45,213 bases of DNA. Origin: Welwitschia mirabilis (taxonomy: Eukaryota). Within the stretch, counting starts at the first letter, position 1, and each line of letters begins with the position of its first letter. This document shows positions 12,827 through 25,783 of this stretch, piece by piece. The stretch spans positions 20,310,832-20,356,044 of the forward strand of contig JBOZIK010000001.1 in NCBI GenBank assembly GCA_051453625.1, read 5' to 3'. The notes beneath the pieces were generated by a model, which was given only the letters and a program-made list of their open reading frames with translations, was not told the origin of the DNA and made no database searches. The position numbers and the translations under genes are program-made.

Positions 12827-13120
12827 ATAAATGATTTTTTTTTAAAACTAATAGATACTATTAATTCTATGCATGGCCTAGATAAAATCATCAAGGAGTC
12901 AAGAGTAGTATGCAAAGCATTAAGATCCCTACCTAAGAGATTTGAGTCCAAAGTAATAGCCATCAAAGAAAGTAAAGATCTGAATATCATGAAGATGGAT
13001 GAGTTCTAAGGAAGCTTTCACATATTTAAACTGAAATTTGAAAAGCAGAAGAAAAAACATCTAGCATTGACAATTGCTCATGAAAACCCTGATATCAAGA
13101 AAGGATCTAACCAAGAACTA
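12827..13120 (+). pseudogene. gag: Element C copia gag (UBN2-like) fragment
   Basis: INSMHGLDKIIKESRVVCKALRSLPKRFESKVIAIKESKDLNIMKMDEF*GSF. Confidence 0.9.
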
Positions 13121-13123
13121 GAA

Positions 13124-13486
13124 ATATTTCTTTTGGGAGTTCCTCTTCATACCTATGCTTGTAAGATCTTATCGTATCTCTTGTTTCTATGGAGCATAAT
13201 GTGAATTTGTGCACTTTCTTATATGCTTTCCTTCATGGTTCTGGATCAGCCCCAAAATCCTCTGGTGATTATATAGGTTTATGATAAATCTAAAAACTAA
13301 CCTTTGAGATTAATCTATACTAGCTAGAGATAGGTGGTCTAAGAGATGAAGGATGATGTCTATCCACCATTAAAAATATATTGTGTTTTTGGTCGTGTGT
13401 TTGAATTTTATTTATAGGTATTCAAAGTGGATGAATATTTTTCTTATGACATATTCACCCCCCTCTATGATTGATTTATATTTTTA
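13124..13486 (+). repeat. Element C 3' LTR remnant (3' part only)
   Basis: Direct repeat of 11781-12334; contains ATTCACCCCCCTCT; abuts the gag fragment directly. Confidence 0.85.
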
Positions 13487-14328
13487 ATTTAGTCTTTTTT
13501 GTTAGGTTTCAACCTACTTAGTATGTTGTCATCATTTTATTTTTCATTTATTTTGAATTTTTGTTATCATCCTGATTTGTCACAACTATTTATCATTCCC
13601 TCTTTTTTAAACCTTATGATACATTTTGTTACCTTCACGCTAATGTTTGAGCCTAATTTTCTTGGCTAACATTTTCATTTTTTAGAACTTTTACAAAGTT
13701 AAGTCATCTACGAGGTTGTTTAAACGATAATGGCAATAACACTAAAATTTTTTAACAGTTGTCCTAAGGTTGTTATTTGGATGAAATAATTGAATAATAG
13801 TGTGATAAAACTAATGTGTCCATTTCTTTTCCACATTTTTCTTCTACTCTTTATCTTTTCTGCCTATTCACTCAAGAGAGGATGGTGCCTCTGATCCCTC
13901 TTAACATGCTAGAACTTGTCCCCATCAAATTCAATCATTAGATTTATAAATTTTAGTAAATTTTCAAAAATGAGGTATGTTTTTCTCTTCCTCAATTTTT
14001 TTTCAATTTTTTCTCTCATTTCTCAACCTTTCAATGTGTAGTTGCCATGTACATTATTTAGTTTTTTGAGCTCTTCGATTAGGAACTTATAAATTTGATT
14101 TCATTATGTATTTTGCAAGATATGATGAATTGTGTGTTTGATAAGGAAAAATTAGGATTTTATCTTTAAATCTAATTTTCTTATAAACTATAAGTCAAGA
14201 CATAGTGGTCTTTTAAGATAAATTGATTAGTATGATGTGCTCTATATTTCTAGTGGATTAGATTTTTTATTTGAGCACTTTCATTTTTCATTTTATATGA
14301 GGCTTATCTAAAATACACTTTTCAAACT

Positions 14329-15413
14329 TATTGTGGTGTATATTTATGAAAACTTTTATACTCAAAGAGATCTTATCATTCAAAAATAAAATAGATATCT
14401 TACATAATATAACACACTAGTATAGTTGGGAGTGAATCCGAATGTCGTATTCTCATTGAAGACTATAAGATGAGACTAAGGATTGCTTTTCATAAAGGAA
14501 ATGGAAAGCGAAATTAAATAATAATGCAAAAAATAAAAAAAGTAATGCGAATGAAAAATGCAACCTAATTAAATGCAATGCAAATTAAATCTAAACTACT
14601 TGCTTTTAGCCTTAATAAAGGTTGTTTATAAGACCTATATCATCTAAGAAATTATCATCAGACCAAGGGAAACATAAACCATAAGGGACATCTACCAAAC
14701 TAAATGCACAAAAAAAAAAGATTTGTATATTAAAAGTAACCAAAAATCTAGGTTACAAAATATTTGGGCCTTAATGAAGGATGTATAGCCCTTTATCAAG
14801 GGAATGTCTTTCTACAACACTTGAGATGGATCTCTCATCCTTCGATCTCCTATCAAAAGAATTTTTAGTGCAATAAAGATAGAAAGGAAAGGTGATGGGG
14901 GACTTATTTATAGGGTTATAAACTAAAAAATAACAAAATAAAAGGAACTGCAATACATTCTCCTTTACATAAGAGAAATGGACAAAATGGTCAAAGGTCT
15001 ACTATCAAAGTTAGTTACAGTATTAGTATCATCCTGACTATTGCCCAAACGATGATCGGGATGATAGCTTATTACAAAATATGACTCAGCATGATGACTC
15101 AATAATTATTCATTAGTCTATGTTAGCAACAAATATTGTCATCATCCTGTCTATCATGGAAATGATAGAGGGGACGATGGTCTTTGTTATCCATCTAAAG
15201 GAGGAGAATATAACATTTCTATTAGCAATCTTCCTCTAAAGTTCTATATATCAGAATGTGCCTTAAATTCCTTGAATCTTGCTAAGAATTATACATTTCT
15301 GAGATCTTCTATTGATTCTTCAAAATTCTCAGAATTTCACTTAAACCTATGCAAATGTTCTGAAAAATAGCTCATAAAACCCCATCAAATAACCACAAAT
15401 TGGTAGTGAAACA
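14329..15413 (-). repeat. Element D 3' LTR
   Basis: Minus strand reads TGTTTCACTACC...CACAATA; direct repeat of 21538-23044; both ends similar to B LTR ends. Confidence 0.85.
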
Positions 15414-15430
15414 TAGCCCTTCACTTAGCC
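15414..15430 (-). promoter_or_regulatory. Putative polypurine tract of element D
   Basis: Minus strand GGCTAAGTGAAGGGCTA immediately before the LTR start. Confidence 0.5.
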
Positions 15431-18400
15431 TTTGTAAGTTCTTGACCAAAACTAGACAAAAAACCATGAATGCTAGCCAATTTATTTTACAAAAATCAAA
15501 CTTGGGAATTATAAAATAGGCCCATAAAATACATCACATAGATAAATAGCATGTAATGAATAATCTAAATGAAAATTTTAAAATTTTGTCTCATGGAAGT
15601 TCTGAAAAAAGAATTTTTTAAAAATGAGCCATAAAAATAAGTTCTACCCCCTTAAAAATGATGGATATGTTAGAATTTAGACAACTTTGAAATTAAGTGC
15701 AAAACTAAGTAAAGAAATGTTAGATTTGAAAAATATAGATGTATGAAATATTCTAACAAGCACAAAAAGAGTAGACAATAAAAATGTTCCATCACAAAAT
15801 GATTAACAGAAGTGTTAAAAAACTTCAAAATACTAAAAAATTCACAAAATTATTAAAGANNNNNNNNNNNNNNNNNNNNNNNNNNNNNNNNNNNNNNNNN
15901 NNNNNNNNNNNNNNNNNNNNNNNNNNNNNNNNNNNNNNNNNNNNNNNNNNNNNNNNNNNAGATGTATGAAATATTCTAACAAGCACAAAAAGAGTGGACA
16001 ATGAAAATGTTCCATTACAAAATGATTAACAGAAGTGTTAAAAAACTTCAAAATACTAAAAAAAATCACAGAATTATTAAAGAAAATCATTTAAGAAAGA
16101 AATCAATTCTTTATTAAAAATTAAGCAAGGAAAACATTAAATGTTAAGTACCTAAAATAATAAGGACATACAAAATGATTTTGAAATAACTAACCAAAAA
16201 ACCAAAAAAAATAAAATGAATGAATGGAAGGTAATNNNNNNNNNNNNNNNNNNNNNNNNNNNNNNNNNNNNNNNNNNNNNNNNNNNNNNNNNNNNNNNNN
16301 NNNNNNNNNNNNNNNNNNNNNNNNNNNNNNNNNNNATCATTTAAGAAAGAAATCAACTTTTTTTAAAAATTAAGCAAGGAAAACATTAAATGTTAAGTAC
16401 CTAAAATAATAAGGAAATACAAAAATGATTTTGAAATAACTAACCAAAAAACCAAAAAAAATAAAATGAATGAATGGAAGGTAATATAAACAAAAGATAG
16501 TCAACCTATCCAAAATTTTAACCTAGCAGACTCCCATGAAAGAAATCAAAACATTACTTAATTTTTAAAAAATATATAACTTAATGTATAAAAAATTCCA
16601 NNNNNNNNNNNNNNNNNNNNNNNNNNNNNNNNNNNNNNNNNNNNNNNNNNNNNNNNNNNNNNNNNNNNNNNNNNNNNNNNNNNNNNNNNNNNNNNNNNNN
16701 NNNNNNNNNNNNNNNNNNNNNNNNNNNNNNNNNNNNNNNNNNNNNNNNNNNNNNNNNNNNNNNNNNNNNNNNNNNNNNNNNNNNNNNNNNNNNNNNNNNN
16801 NNNNNNNNNNNNNNNNNNNNNNTATATTATATTTTGATTATCCATTATGAGGGGGATGCAACCATAGTTATAGAAGTAAGGAGGTATGAAGCATAGCCAA
16901 CTGATCCCCTAGTGGAGTTCCTACAGATAACATATTACACTACTAAAGGCTCCTCTCGGAAATGTTTGTCCTAGTGTAATTGTAGTAGGATATTATGGTA
17001 ACCATGTTTTTGAAATATCTCAAATATAAAACATCATGGTCTTATTTCCCTTTTTTCTTCTTTTTTTNNNNNNNNNNNNNNNNNNNNNNNNNNNNNNNNN
17101 NNNNNNNNNNNNNNNNNNNNNNNNNNNNNNNNNNNNNNNNNNNNNNNNNNNNNNNNNNNNNNNNNNNNNNNNNNNNNNNNNNNNNNNNNNNNNNNNNNNN
17201 NNNNNNNNNNNNNNNNNNNNNNNNNNNNNNNNNNNNNNNNNNNNNNNNNNNNNNNNNNNNNNNNNNNNNNNNNNNNNNNNNNNNNNNNNNNNNNNNNNNN
17301 NNNNNNNNNNNNNNNNNNNNNNNNNNNNNNNNNNNNNNNNNNNNNNNNNNNNNNNNNNNNNNNNNNNNNNNNNNNNNNNNNNNNNNNNNNNNNNNNNNNN
17401 NNNNNNNNNNNNNNNNNNNNNNNNNNNNNNNNNNNNNATATCATATTACACTGTCAAAGGCTCCTCTCGGAAATTTTTGCTCTAGTGTACTTGTAGTAGG
17501 ACATTATGGTAACCATGTTTTTGAAATATCTCAAATATAAAACATCATGGTCTTATTTCCCTTTTTTCTTCTTCTTTTTTCCATATACAAAAGAAAAACA
17601 CTTCACATAACCAAACACTCTAAAAGACAAAGATGAAGTCATAAGATGAAGACAGAAAAAAACATCCTTAAATAATCTAAGACCCTTTCACCATTGAGAA
17701 AAACATCAAAAAAAAAATCATCTTCCTTTAAACTGAAGCTCATAGACATGGGAATATCTCAAGATTAGGTGAATCCAATCTTACCACTATAAAATACCCA
17801 AGTCAAAAGACTAGTCATGNNNNNNNNNNNNNNNNNNNNNNNNNNNNNNNNNNNNNNNNNNNNNNNNNNNNNNNNNNNNNNNNNNNNNNNNNNNNNNNNN
17901 NNNNNNNNNNNNNNNNNNNNNNNNNNNNNNNNNNNNNNNNNNNNNNNNNNNNNNNNNNNNNNNNNNNNNNNNNNNNNNNNNNNNNNNNNNNNNNNNNNNN
18001 NNNNNNNNNNNNNNNNNNNNNNNNNNNNNNNNNNNNNNNNNNNNNNAGATAATAGAGAGAATGACAGAAACAAAAAGTAAAAACAAAAAATAGAAATCTA
18101 GCAACAAACCAAAGGTATAAAATAAAAACAAAGACTATTAAAATAAGAGGCTAAAAATCAAAATCAAAATTATAAAAATCATGAAAACTAAAAGAAAACA
18201 TCAAAGTAAGTTTTATTTAAAATCTAAAATCTAATTGCACTTTTATTGCAAATAAAGAAAAAGAAAGATGATCTCAAGATATTATCTTCTTTTAGAAAAT
18301 AACGTCCAAACTGAATATTTATTAATTGATAAAACATAAAATATATGAAATAATTTTTAAGTAAAATCACTTAAAAGAAGAGAGAATAAAAAGATAAAAC

Positions 18401-21239
18401 TTTAATAGCACAGATTNNNNNNNNNNNNNNNNNNNNNNNNNNNNNNNNNNNNNNNNNNNNNNNNNNNNNNNNNNNNNNNNNNNNNNNNNNNNNNNNNNNN
18501 NNNNNNNNNNNNNNNNNNNNNNNNNNNNNNNNNNNNNNNNNNNNNNNNNNNNNNNNNNNNNNNNNNNNNNNNNNNNNNNNNNNNNNNNNNNNNNNNNNNN
18601 NNNNNNNNNNNNNNNNNNNNNNNNNNNNNNNNNNNNNNNNNNNNNNNNNNNNNNNNNNNNNNNNNNNNNNNNNNNNNNNNNNNNNNNNNNNNNNNNNNNN
18701 NNNNNNNNNNNNNNNNNNNNNNNNNNNNNNNNGAAACATAAATTGCATTTAGAGCTTGATATTGAACATAGAAGGTATTATTTGAAATCCAAATATTTGT
18801 AAGAAACTTCTTAGAGGGAGTGATTAAGATAGGTTTTACATACCTAAGAATCTCTTTTACATTTAGATTTAAACATAGATTTTAATCAAGAAGGTATGAT
18901 TTTCCCCAATTTAGAGTTCCGATATATCAAAAATTTTGTTTTTTTGAAAAGAATTACTATNNNNNNNNNNNNNNNNNNNNNNNNNNNNNNNNNNNNNNNN
19001 NNNNNNNNNNNNNNNNNNNNNNNNNNNNNNNNNNNNNNNNNNNNNNNNNNNNNNNNNNNNNNNNNNNNNNNNNNNNNNNNNNNNNNNNNNNNNNNNNNNN
19101 NNNNNNNNNNNNNNNNNNNNNNNNNNNNNNNNNNNNNNNNNNNNNNNNNNNNNNNNNNNNNNNNNNNNNNNNNNNNNNNNNNNNNNNNNNNNNNNNNNNN
19201 NNNNNNNNNNNNNNNNNNNNNNNNNNNNNNNNNNNNNNNNNNNNNNNNNNNNNNNNNNNNNNNNNNNNNNNNNNNNNNNNNNNNNNNNNNNNNNNNNNNN
19301 NNNNNNNNNNNNNNNNNNNNNNNNNNNNNNNNNNNNNNNNNNNNNNNNNNNNNNNNNNNNNNNNNNNNNNNNNNNNNNNNNNNNNNNNNNNNNNNNNNNN
19401 NNNNNNNNNNNNNNNNNNNNNNNNNNNNNNNNNNNNNNNNNNNNNNNNNNNNNNNNNNNNNNNNNNNNNNNNNNNNNNNNNNNNNNNNNNNNNNNNNNNN
19501 NNNNNNAAGGATGTGGTTTAAAGAGTTACTTAACTGAAGTATTTCTTCATTAATCATATCTCCTTCTTTTTTATTATTGATTATATCTTGCTCTTCTTTT
19601 TTATTTTGTTGAGAATTATTTTTATTTTATAAGTTAGTGGAATTTTCAAAAAGATCATCAAAAAGATTATAAAAAGGAAAGCTATTATTGTTTTTATTAT
19701 TTAATGAAAGATGTTCTGATAGTTCTTTATTTAATTCCTCTTCCTCTCTGAATAATTTTATTAACTATCTCTATTAATCTCATAAGTTGAGCCTCTTTCA
19801 AAGGTGGAACTCCTTCATTCTTATAAAGTATGTGAAAATAAGGGATATGGTCTAATATTTCGGTTTCATCATCATCCTCTTCTTCACCATTCTCATCATC
19901 TTATGGCATGTTATTATTTTCATTAGAAGGAGAAATGCAATTATTATATCTATCATAGATTAAGAAATTTTTAGATTTTTCTTGAATGTATTCTTCATCT
20001 AGTAAATGGATTTTAAGGATATAATCTAATATCTCAATATCATCATCTAGCAAATGGTTATCTCATTTTCATTATTGAAAGATGAAGTTGAATTGTTGTT
20101 GTCTCCTCTTTGCTCATTTCCTAATGCATAGTGATCTAAAATTTCATTCTCTATTTGAAAGTAAGAATCATTATCCTTTATTTTTAAGTTTTCCTTATTT
20201 TCCTTAAGGTAAGATAAAGAAAAAAATATTTGAGGTTGTTATATTATAAAAGAACCTTGATTTTGTAATAATATTTATTAAAGGATCTCAACCAAATTTT
20301 CTAGTTTCTTTGTTGGTATTTTTATGCATTTGTTGGTATTTTCTAGACTTTTCTTCATTTCATCAATCATTTTTTCCTCATAGTAGTTCATGGAAGATTA
20401 ATGGGATGGATAAAAGTGATTCTACGAGGTTGAATTTCTAAGATGTTCATTGTTATGCCTATATGAAGTTTGAAAAGAAAAGGGGGAATAATAAGATGGT
20501 TAAAAAGAGGAATGGGCTCAATTCCTATTCTTAATATCATTTTGTGTTGCTATTCCTCTTTTTGCAAGAAGTTTTTAAATTGTTTTCTTACTACTATCTT
20601 TAGAGCTTTTTAGATTTCTCCTTCTTTTAGTAAGAATTTCCCCAAGCGATCTTGTATCACTATTCATAATTGACAAGAATGAAAAAGAGAATCTAATTTA
20701 AGATGAAGATAAGTGCACAGTGATAGTCAAGTTTTTCTTTCTTTAGTGTTTTAACAAAAATGAACTGAGAAGAAATATTGTATGCACCTATAGATTGTGT
20801 TCTTGATTCTATTTGGAAGCCAACTAGCCCTTCTATGATACTTTTTTTTTTTATTAGTAGTCCTTTTTCTCTAATATTTTGTTTTCTAAACCAACCATGT
20901 CACAGTATCTTGTAACTAGAAAATAACAAAAAACAAGATAAAAAACAATAAACTATCATTCTAATTATCATGGAAATGGTAGAAGGAATGAAAAACACAG
21001 AGAGTAGAAAATAGAAACTTAATAGATTGGAAAGAAAAAATTGGAAAAACACATAGGCTATCATCCAACTGATCATGAAGATGACACAGGAGATGATGAA
21101 ATTATTAATATGCTCACAAAAACTACAATCTAAAATTTAGAAATAGAAGATAAAAGAATAGAAAAATGAGCAGTCATCCACCTAGTTATGGGGATGACAG
21201 AGGAGACGACAATGTTTATTACAAATTACAAAAAGGTGA

Positions 21240-21425
21240 GAACCAAAAGACTAAAAAAATTAAAAAAATAAAAACCGAGAATTAAAAAACCAAAAAACCG
21301 AAAAAATAAAAGCCAATAACCAAACAACTAAAAAACAAAAAAAATAAAAACCAAGAACTAAAAAAATAAAAAAATGAAAACTGAAAACCAAAAAATCAAA
21401 AAGAAGAAACTACAAACAGAAAACC
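21240..21425. repeat. A-rich degenerate tandem repeat in element D 5' UTR
   Basis: Repeated units such as aaaaaataaaaacc(g/a)a. Confidence 0.6.
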
Positions 21426-21516
21426 TATAGTTCCTAATTAAAATACAACATCGCTATGGATAAATAACTGAATGTACTCATCCAAACGATGACAATCCTC
21501 ATGTTTCTCAATAGCC

Positions 21517-21534
21517 TTCCTGGTAATGGCATCA
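21517..21534 (-). promoter_or_regulatory. Primer binding site, tRNA-Asp type, decayed (element D)
   Basis: Minus strand TGATGCCATTACCAGGAA vs Athila consensus TGGCGCCGTTGCCGGGGA. All six differences are G>A or C>T; 3-nt spacer from the LTR end. Confidence 0.8.
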
Positions 21535-21537
21535 ATT

Positions 21538-23162
21538 TATTGTAGTGCTTATTTATGCAAATATTTATACTTCAAGAGATCCTATCATTCACAAATAAAA
21601 TAGACATCTTGTATAATACAACACACTAGTATAGTTAAGAGTGAACCCAAATGTCATATTCTCATTAAAGGCTATGAGATAAGACTAAGGATTTCTTCTT
21701 ACAAAGGAAATAGTAACCAGAATTAAATAATAATACAAAAAATAAAAGATGCAATGCAAATGCAAAATGGAACCTAACCTAAATTCAATACAAAATGAAT
21801 CTAAACTACTTGCTTTTAGCCTTAATAAAGACTACCCTTAAGACCTATATCACCCAAGAAATTATCACCAGACTAAAGGCAACATAAATCATAAGGGATA
21901 TTTACTAAATTAACATGTATAAAAGAAAAAAATAGAGTTTTATATTAAAAGAAACCAAACATNNNNNNNNNNNNNNNNNNNNNNNNNNNNNNNNNNNNNN
22001 NNNNNNNNNNNNNNNNNNNNNNNNNNNNNNNNNNNNNNNNNNNNNNNNNNNNNNNNNNNNNNNNNNNNNNNNNNNNNNNNNNNNNNNNNNNNNNNNNNNN
22101 NNNNNNNNNNNNNNNNNNNNNNNNNNNNNNNNNNNNNNNNNNNNNNNNNNNNNNNNNNNNNNNNNNNNNNNNNNNNNNNNNNNNNNNNNNNNNNNNNNNN
22201 NNNNNNNNNNNNNNNNNNNNNNNNNNNNNNNNNNNNNNNNNNNNNNNNNNNNNNNNNNNNNNNNNNNNNNNNNNNNNNNNNNNNNNNNNNNNNNNNNNNN
22301 NNNNNNNNNNNNNNNNNNNNNNNNNNNNNNNNNNNNNNNNNNNNNNNNNNNNNNNNNNNNNNNNNNNNNNNNNNNNNNNNNNNNNNNNNNNNNNNNNNNN
22401 NNNNNNNNNNNNNNNNNNNNNNNNNNNNNNNNNNNNNNNNNNNNNNNNNNNNNNNNNNNNNNNNNNNNNNNNNNNNNNNNNNNNNNNNNNNNNNNNNNNN
22501 NNNNNNNNNNNNNNNNNNNNNNNNNNNNNNNNNNNNNNNNNNNNNNNNNNNNNNNNNNNNNNNNNNNNNNNNNNNNNNNNNNNNNNNNNNNNNNNNNNNN
22601 NNNNNNNNNNNNNNNNNNNNNNNNNNNNNNNNNNNNNNNNNNNNNNNNNNNNNNNNNNNNNNNNNNNNNNNNNNNNNNNNNNNNNNNNNNNNNNNNNNNN
22701 NNNNNNNNNNNNNNNNNNNNNNNNNNNNNNNNNNNNNNNNNNNNNNNNNNNNNNNNNNNNNNNNNNNNNNNNNNNNGTCATCCTGACTGTTATCTAGCTA
22801 ATGATTAGAATGATAGCTTATTACAAAAGATGACTTAGCATGATGACTCGGTATTGTTTTAGAAGTTCATGTTATCATCAAATTTTATCATCGTCTTATA
22901 TGTCATGTGGACAACGAAGGAAACGATGGTCTTCTTTGTCCATCTGAAGAAGGAGAACCTAGCATTTTTTCTAGTAATCTTCTTTCAAAGCTCTATTTAT
23001 CAGAATGCATTTTAAATGCCTCAAATATTGCTAAGAATTGCACANNNNNNNNNNNNNNNNNNNNNNNNNNNNNNNNNNNNNNNNNNNNNNNNNNNNNNNN
23101 NNNNNNNNNNNNNNNNNNNNNNNNNNNNNNNNNNNNNNNNNNNNNNNNNNNNNNNNNNNNNN
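21538..23162 (-). repeat. Element D 5' LTR (two gaps inside)
   Basis: 21538-21962 matches 14329-~14750 and 22777-23044 matches ~15028-15295. Confidence 0.8.
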
Positions 23163-23369
23163 AAATGTTTTGCAAATTTCACTTTTTTTTCACATGAATA
23201 GGCAATATAAGATGTATTTTCACTTTTGAGGGAAAGGCAAGCCATGTTTTCATAATTTTTATACATTTTTAACCAATTTTTTGGATCATTTAAAGAATTC
23301 ACATGACGTATTTTAACTATATCCACCACATTGCACATGACATGTTGTATATTTATGATTAAGTAGGTC

Positions 23370-24620
23370 ATGCATACATAGAGATAAATAAGCTAAGGCT
23401 GAGATCAAAGCTATGAAGTAGGATGTAGGTCCACTAGTACCACCAAAGATTGAGTGTGTAGAGCCATCACATCCTCCACCTCAACATGTTAGATATCTTA
23501 CTATTTAAATGGATGCTATTCATGTTGAGAGATATTTTAGGGATTTCATAAGCCAATTAGACTTAGAGGTTGATCAGAGGCTTACATATTTATAACTCTA
23601 GTGGATTTTAGATGTCTAGGGGGGCTACTATATATCAGAGACTAGGGAATTCTATGACACCATGCAATAGAGCGTCACCCTAACGTCTATGGATAGCTAG
23701 TAGAAATGATTACAGTTAGGATTTGGGGCCATGAGATTGCAGTTCTTTGAAATCATATTGCAGTGGTGATAGATCTTAGTGGTATTGGGAGTGTTCATAT
23801 ATACTCAGCTAATGGGACAGAGGAGCATTCTACATATGATATAGCATTAGACATACTAGCAGATTTGAAATTAGATAGGTGGGGTGTTTTGGCGACATAG
23901 TTGAATCATACCTATCAGATTTTACACAAAGAACTGATTCACAATATCGTCTCATCCTCTCATGATAGTCATGTTATGATGGCTTATTTGCAAATACTAG
24001 TAGTATTCAGGTAGGATGAGCAGATGTACTTATCCACATTTATATGGAGGAGATGTAGGTTTATGGTAGAGGCATGATAGCTATAGACTTTAGGATATCC
24101 ATGCCTTCTCTTAGTCATGTTTAGATGCTTCGGTATATTATAGCTTATAGGTAAGTAGTAATTCATGCAAATATAGACTTTAGCTCGTTACCTATATGAC
24201 ATGGCATACAAGTACTAGGAGAGGTAAAGAGACCTTAGGTTCAGAGACCTGCGATTAGCAATTTACTTGAGTAGATTCAAGCCCTCCTAGAGAGAGACCA
24301 TTAATACTATCAAAGGAATTGTAGACGAAGACATCTTTACATTAAAGTAGAAGATCCAAACAATTAAGCAGAGAATCCAGATGGCTAAGAAGAAAGTATA
24401 GCACATTGAGGAGCAACTTGTAGATGTGCAACAGTGCATCTTATAGGTAGAGCATACTGTGATGGTGGATCTTTTAAAGTTAGTTCAAGTATAAAGAGAT
24501 GGGATAACATAGACTATTATGACATCATTAGACCATAGTTTTCCTACTAATGCTCAGCGTTCTCCTTCTTCTCCTCCTGCACCTCAGCATACCACCCACC
24601 AGGAATTTATCATACTCGAC
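23370..24620 (+). pseudogene. Element B env-like 3' ORF remnant (putative plant transposon protein, PF20167-like)
   Basis: IHVERYF...YYISETREFYDTM...YQILHKELIHNIVSSSH...GYPCLL motif series and a Pro/Ser-rich tail. Lies just upstream of B's 3' LTR; many stops. Confidence 0.65.
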
Positions 24621-24681
24621 GAGGGGAGTTACTTTTTATTATATTCTTGTATCTTCTCCTCCATATATTATACAAAAAATC

Positions 24682-24683
<2 letters not shown>

Positions 24684-24719
<36 letters not shown>

Positions 24720-24726
24720 CACACAC

Positions 24727-24759
<33 letters not shown>
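24684..24759. repeat. Compound microsatellite (TA)n-(CA)n-(TATG)n
   Basis: Seen directly. Confidence 0.95.
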
Positions 24760-25783
24760 CATCTTATTTTAAGTATGAGCATGATGTACATTTTTATTAT
24801 TAGATTTCATGCATACTTTTATGTATTATTTTTCACACTTCATGATGAGAACTATTTTTACTACTCATGATTATTTTCTTTATCTACTATACGTTTTAGT
24901 AGGGGGATATTTATTATCAGTATATTTAATAGCTATTTTTTTAAAAAATTTTATCATAGGCTTCTATTTTTCAAGAATATTTTTTTAGCCTGTCATTCCC
25001 CATATCATCTGGATGATAATCAGGATGATAGTGTGGCTAGTTACAATTCATAGGTGAAATGTTCAGTTATCTATGTTTGACTTTTTTATCCTGCATTCTA
25101 AATTTTCTTTAAAAAAGATTTTGAGCTTATTTTACAATTCCTTAGNNNNNNNNNNNNNNNNNNNNNNNNNNNNNNNNNNNNNNNNNNNNNNNNNNNNNNN
25201 NNNNNNNNNNNNNNNNNNNNNNNNNNNNNNNNNNNNNNNNNNNNNNNNNNNNNNNNNNNNNNNNNNNNNNNNNNNNNNNNNNNNNNNNNNNNNNNNNNNN
25301 NNNNNNNNNNNNNNNNNNNNNNNNNNNNNNNNNNNNNNNNNNNNNNNNNNNNNNNNNNNNNNNNNNNNNNNNNNNNNNNNNNNNNNNNNNNNNNNNNNNN
25401 NNNNNNNNNNNNNNNNNNNNNNNNNNNNNNNNNNNNNNNNNNNNNNNNNNNNNNNNNNNNNNNNNNNNNNNNNNNNNNNNNNNNNNNNNNNNNNNNNNNN
25501 NNNNNNNNNNNNNNNNNNNNNNNNNNNNNNNNNNNNNNNNNNNNNNNNNNNNNNNNNNNNNNNNNNNNNNNNNNNNNNNNNNNNNNNNNNNNNNNNNNNN
25601 NNNNNNNNNNNNNNNNNNNNNNNNNNNNNNNNNNNNNNNNNNNNNNNNNNNNNNNNNNNNNNNNNNNNNNNNNNNNNNNNNNNNNNNNNNNNNNNNNNNN
25701 NNNNNNNNNNNNNNNNNNNNNNNNNNNNNNNNNNNNNNNNNNNNNNNNNNNNNNNNNNNNNNNNNNNNNNNNNNNNNNNNNNN

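Larger units (their letters stand above)
10785..13486 (+). mobile_element. Element C: internally deleted SIRE-type Ty1/copia element nested in B
   Basis: Probable start TGTTGAGAACC; LTR ends ...TTTTCA at 12334; PBS; copia gag fragment; partial second LTR with ATTCACCCCCCTCT U5 motif. Candidate TSD tttta/attta matches 4 of 5. Confidence 0.8.
14329..23162 (-). mobile_element. Element D: apparently non-autonomous Athila-family LTR element related to B
   Basis: LTR pair 14329-15413 and 21538-~23162; decayed tRNA-Asp PBS; PPT-like tract. The ~6.1 kb internal region has no recognisable pol or env but has blocks homologous to B's non-coding regions. Right boundary lies in a gap. Confidence 0.8.

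Noticed and set aside
23163..23170. Right TSD of element D (left is AAACT, 14324-14328)
   Set aside because: The boundary falls in a gap and the following AAATG is not a reliable match.
24519..24870. ORFs with YIYIYI/MYVC repeats
   Set aside because: Translation of the microsatellite.
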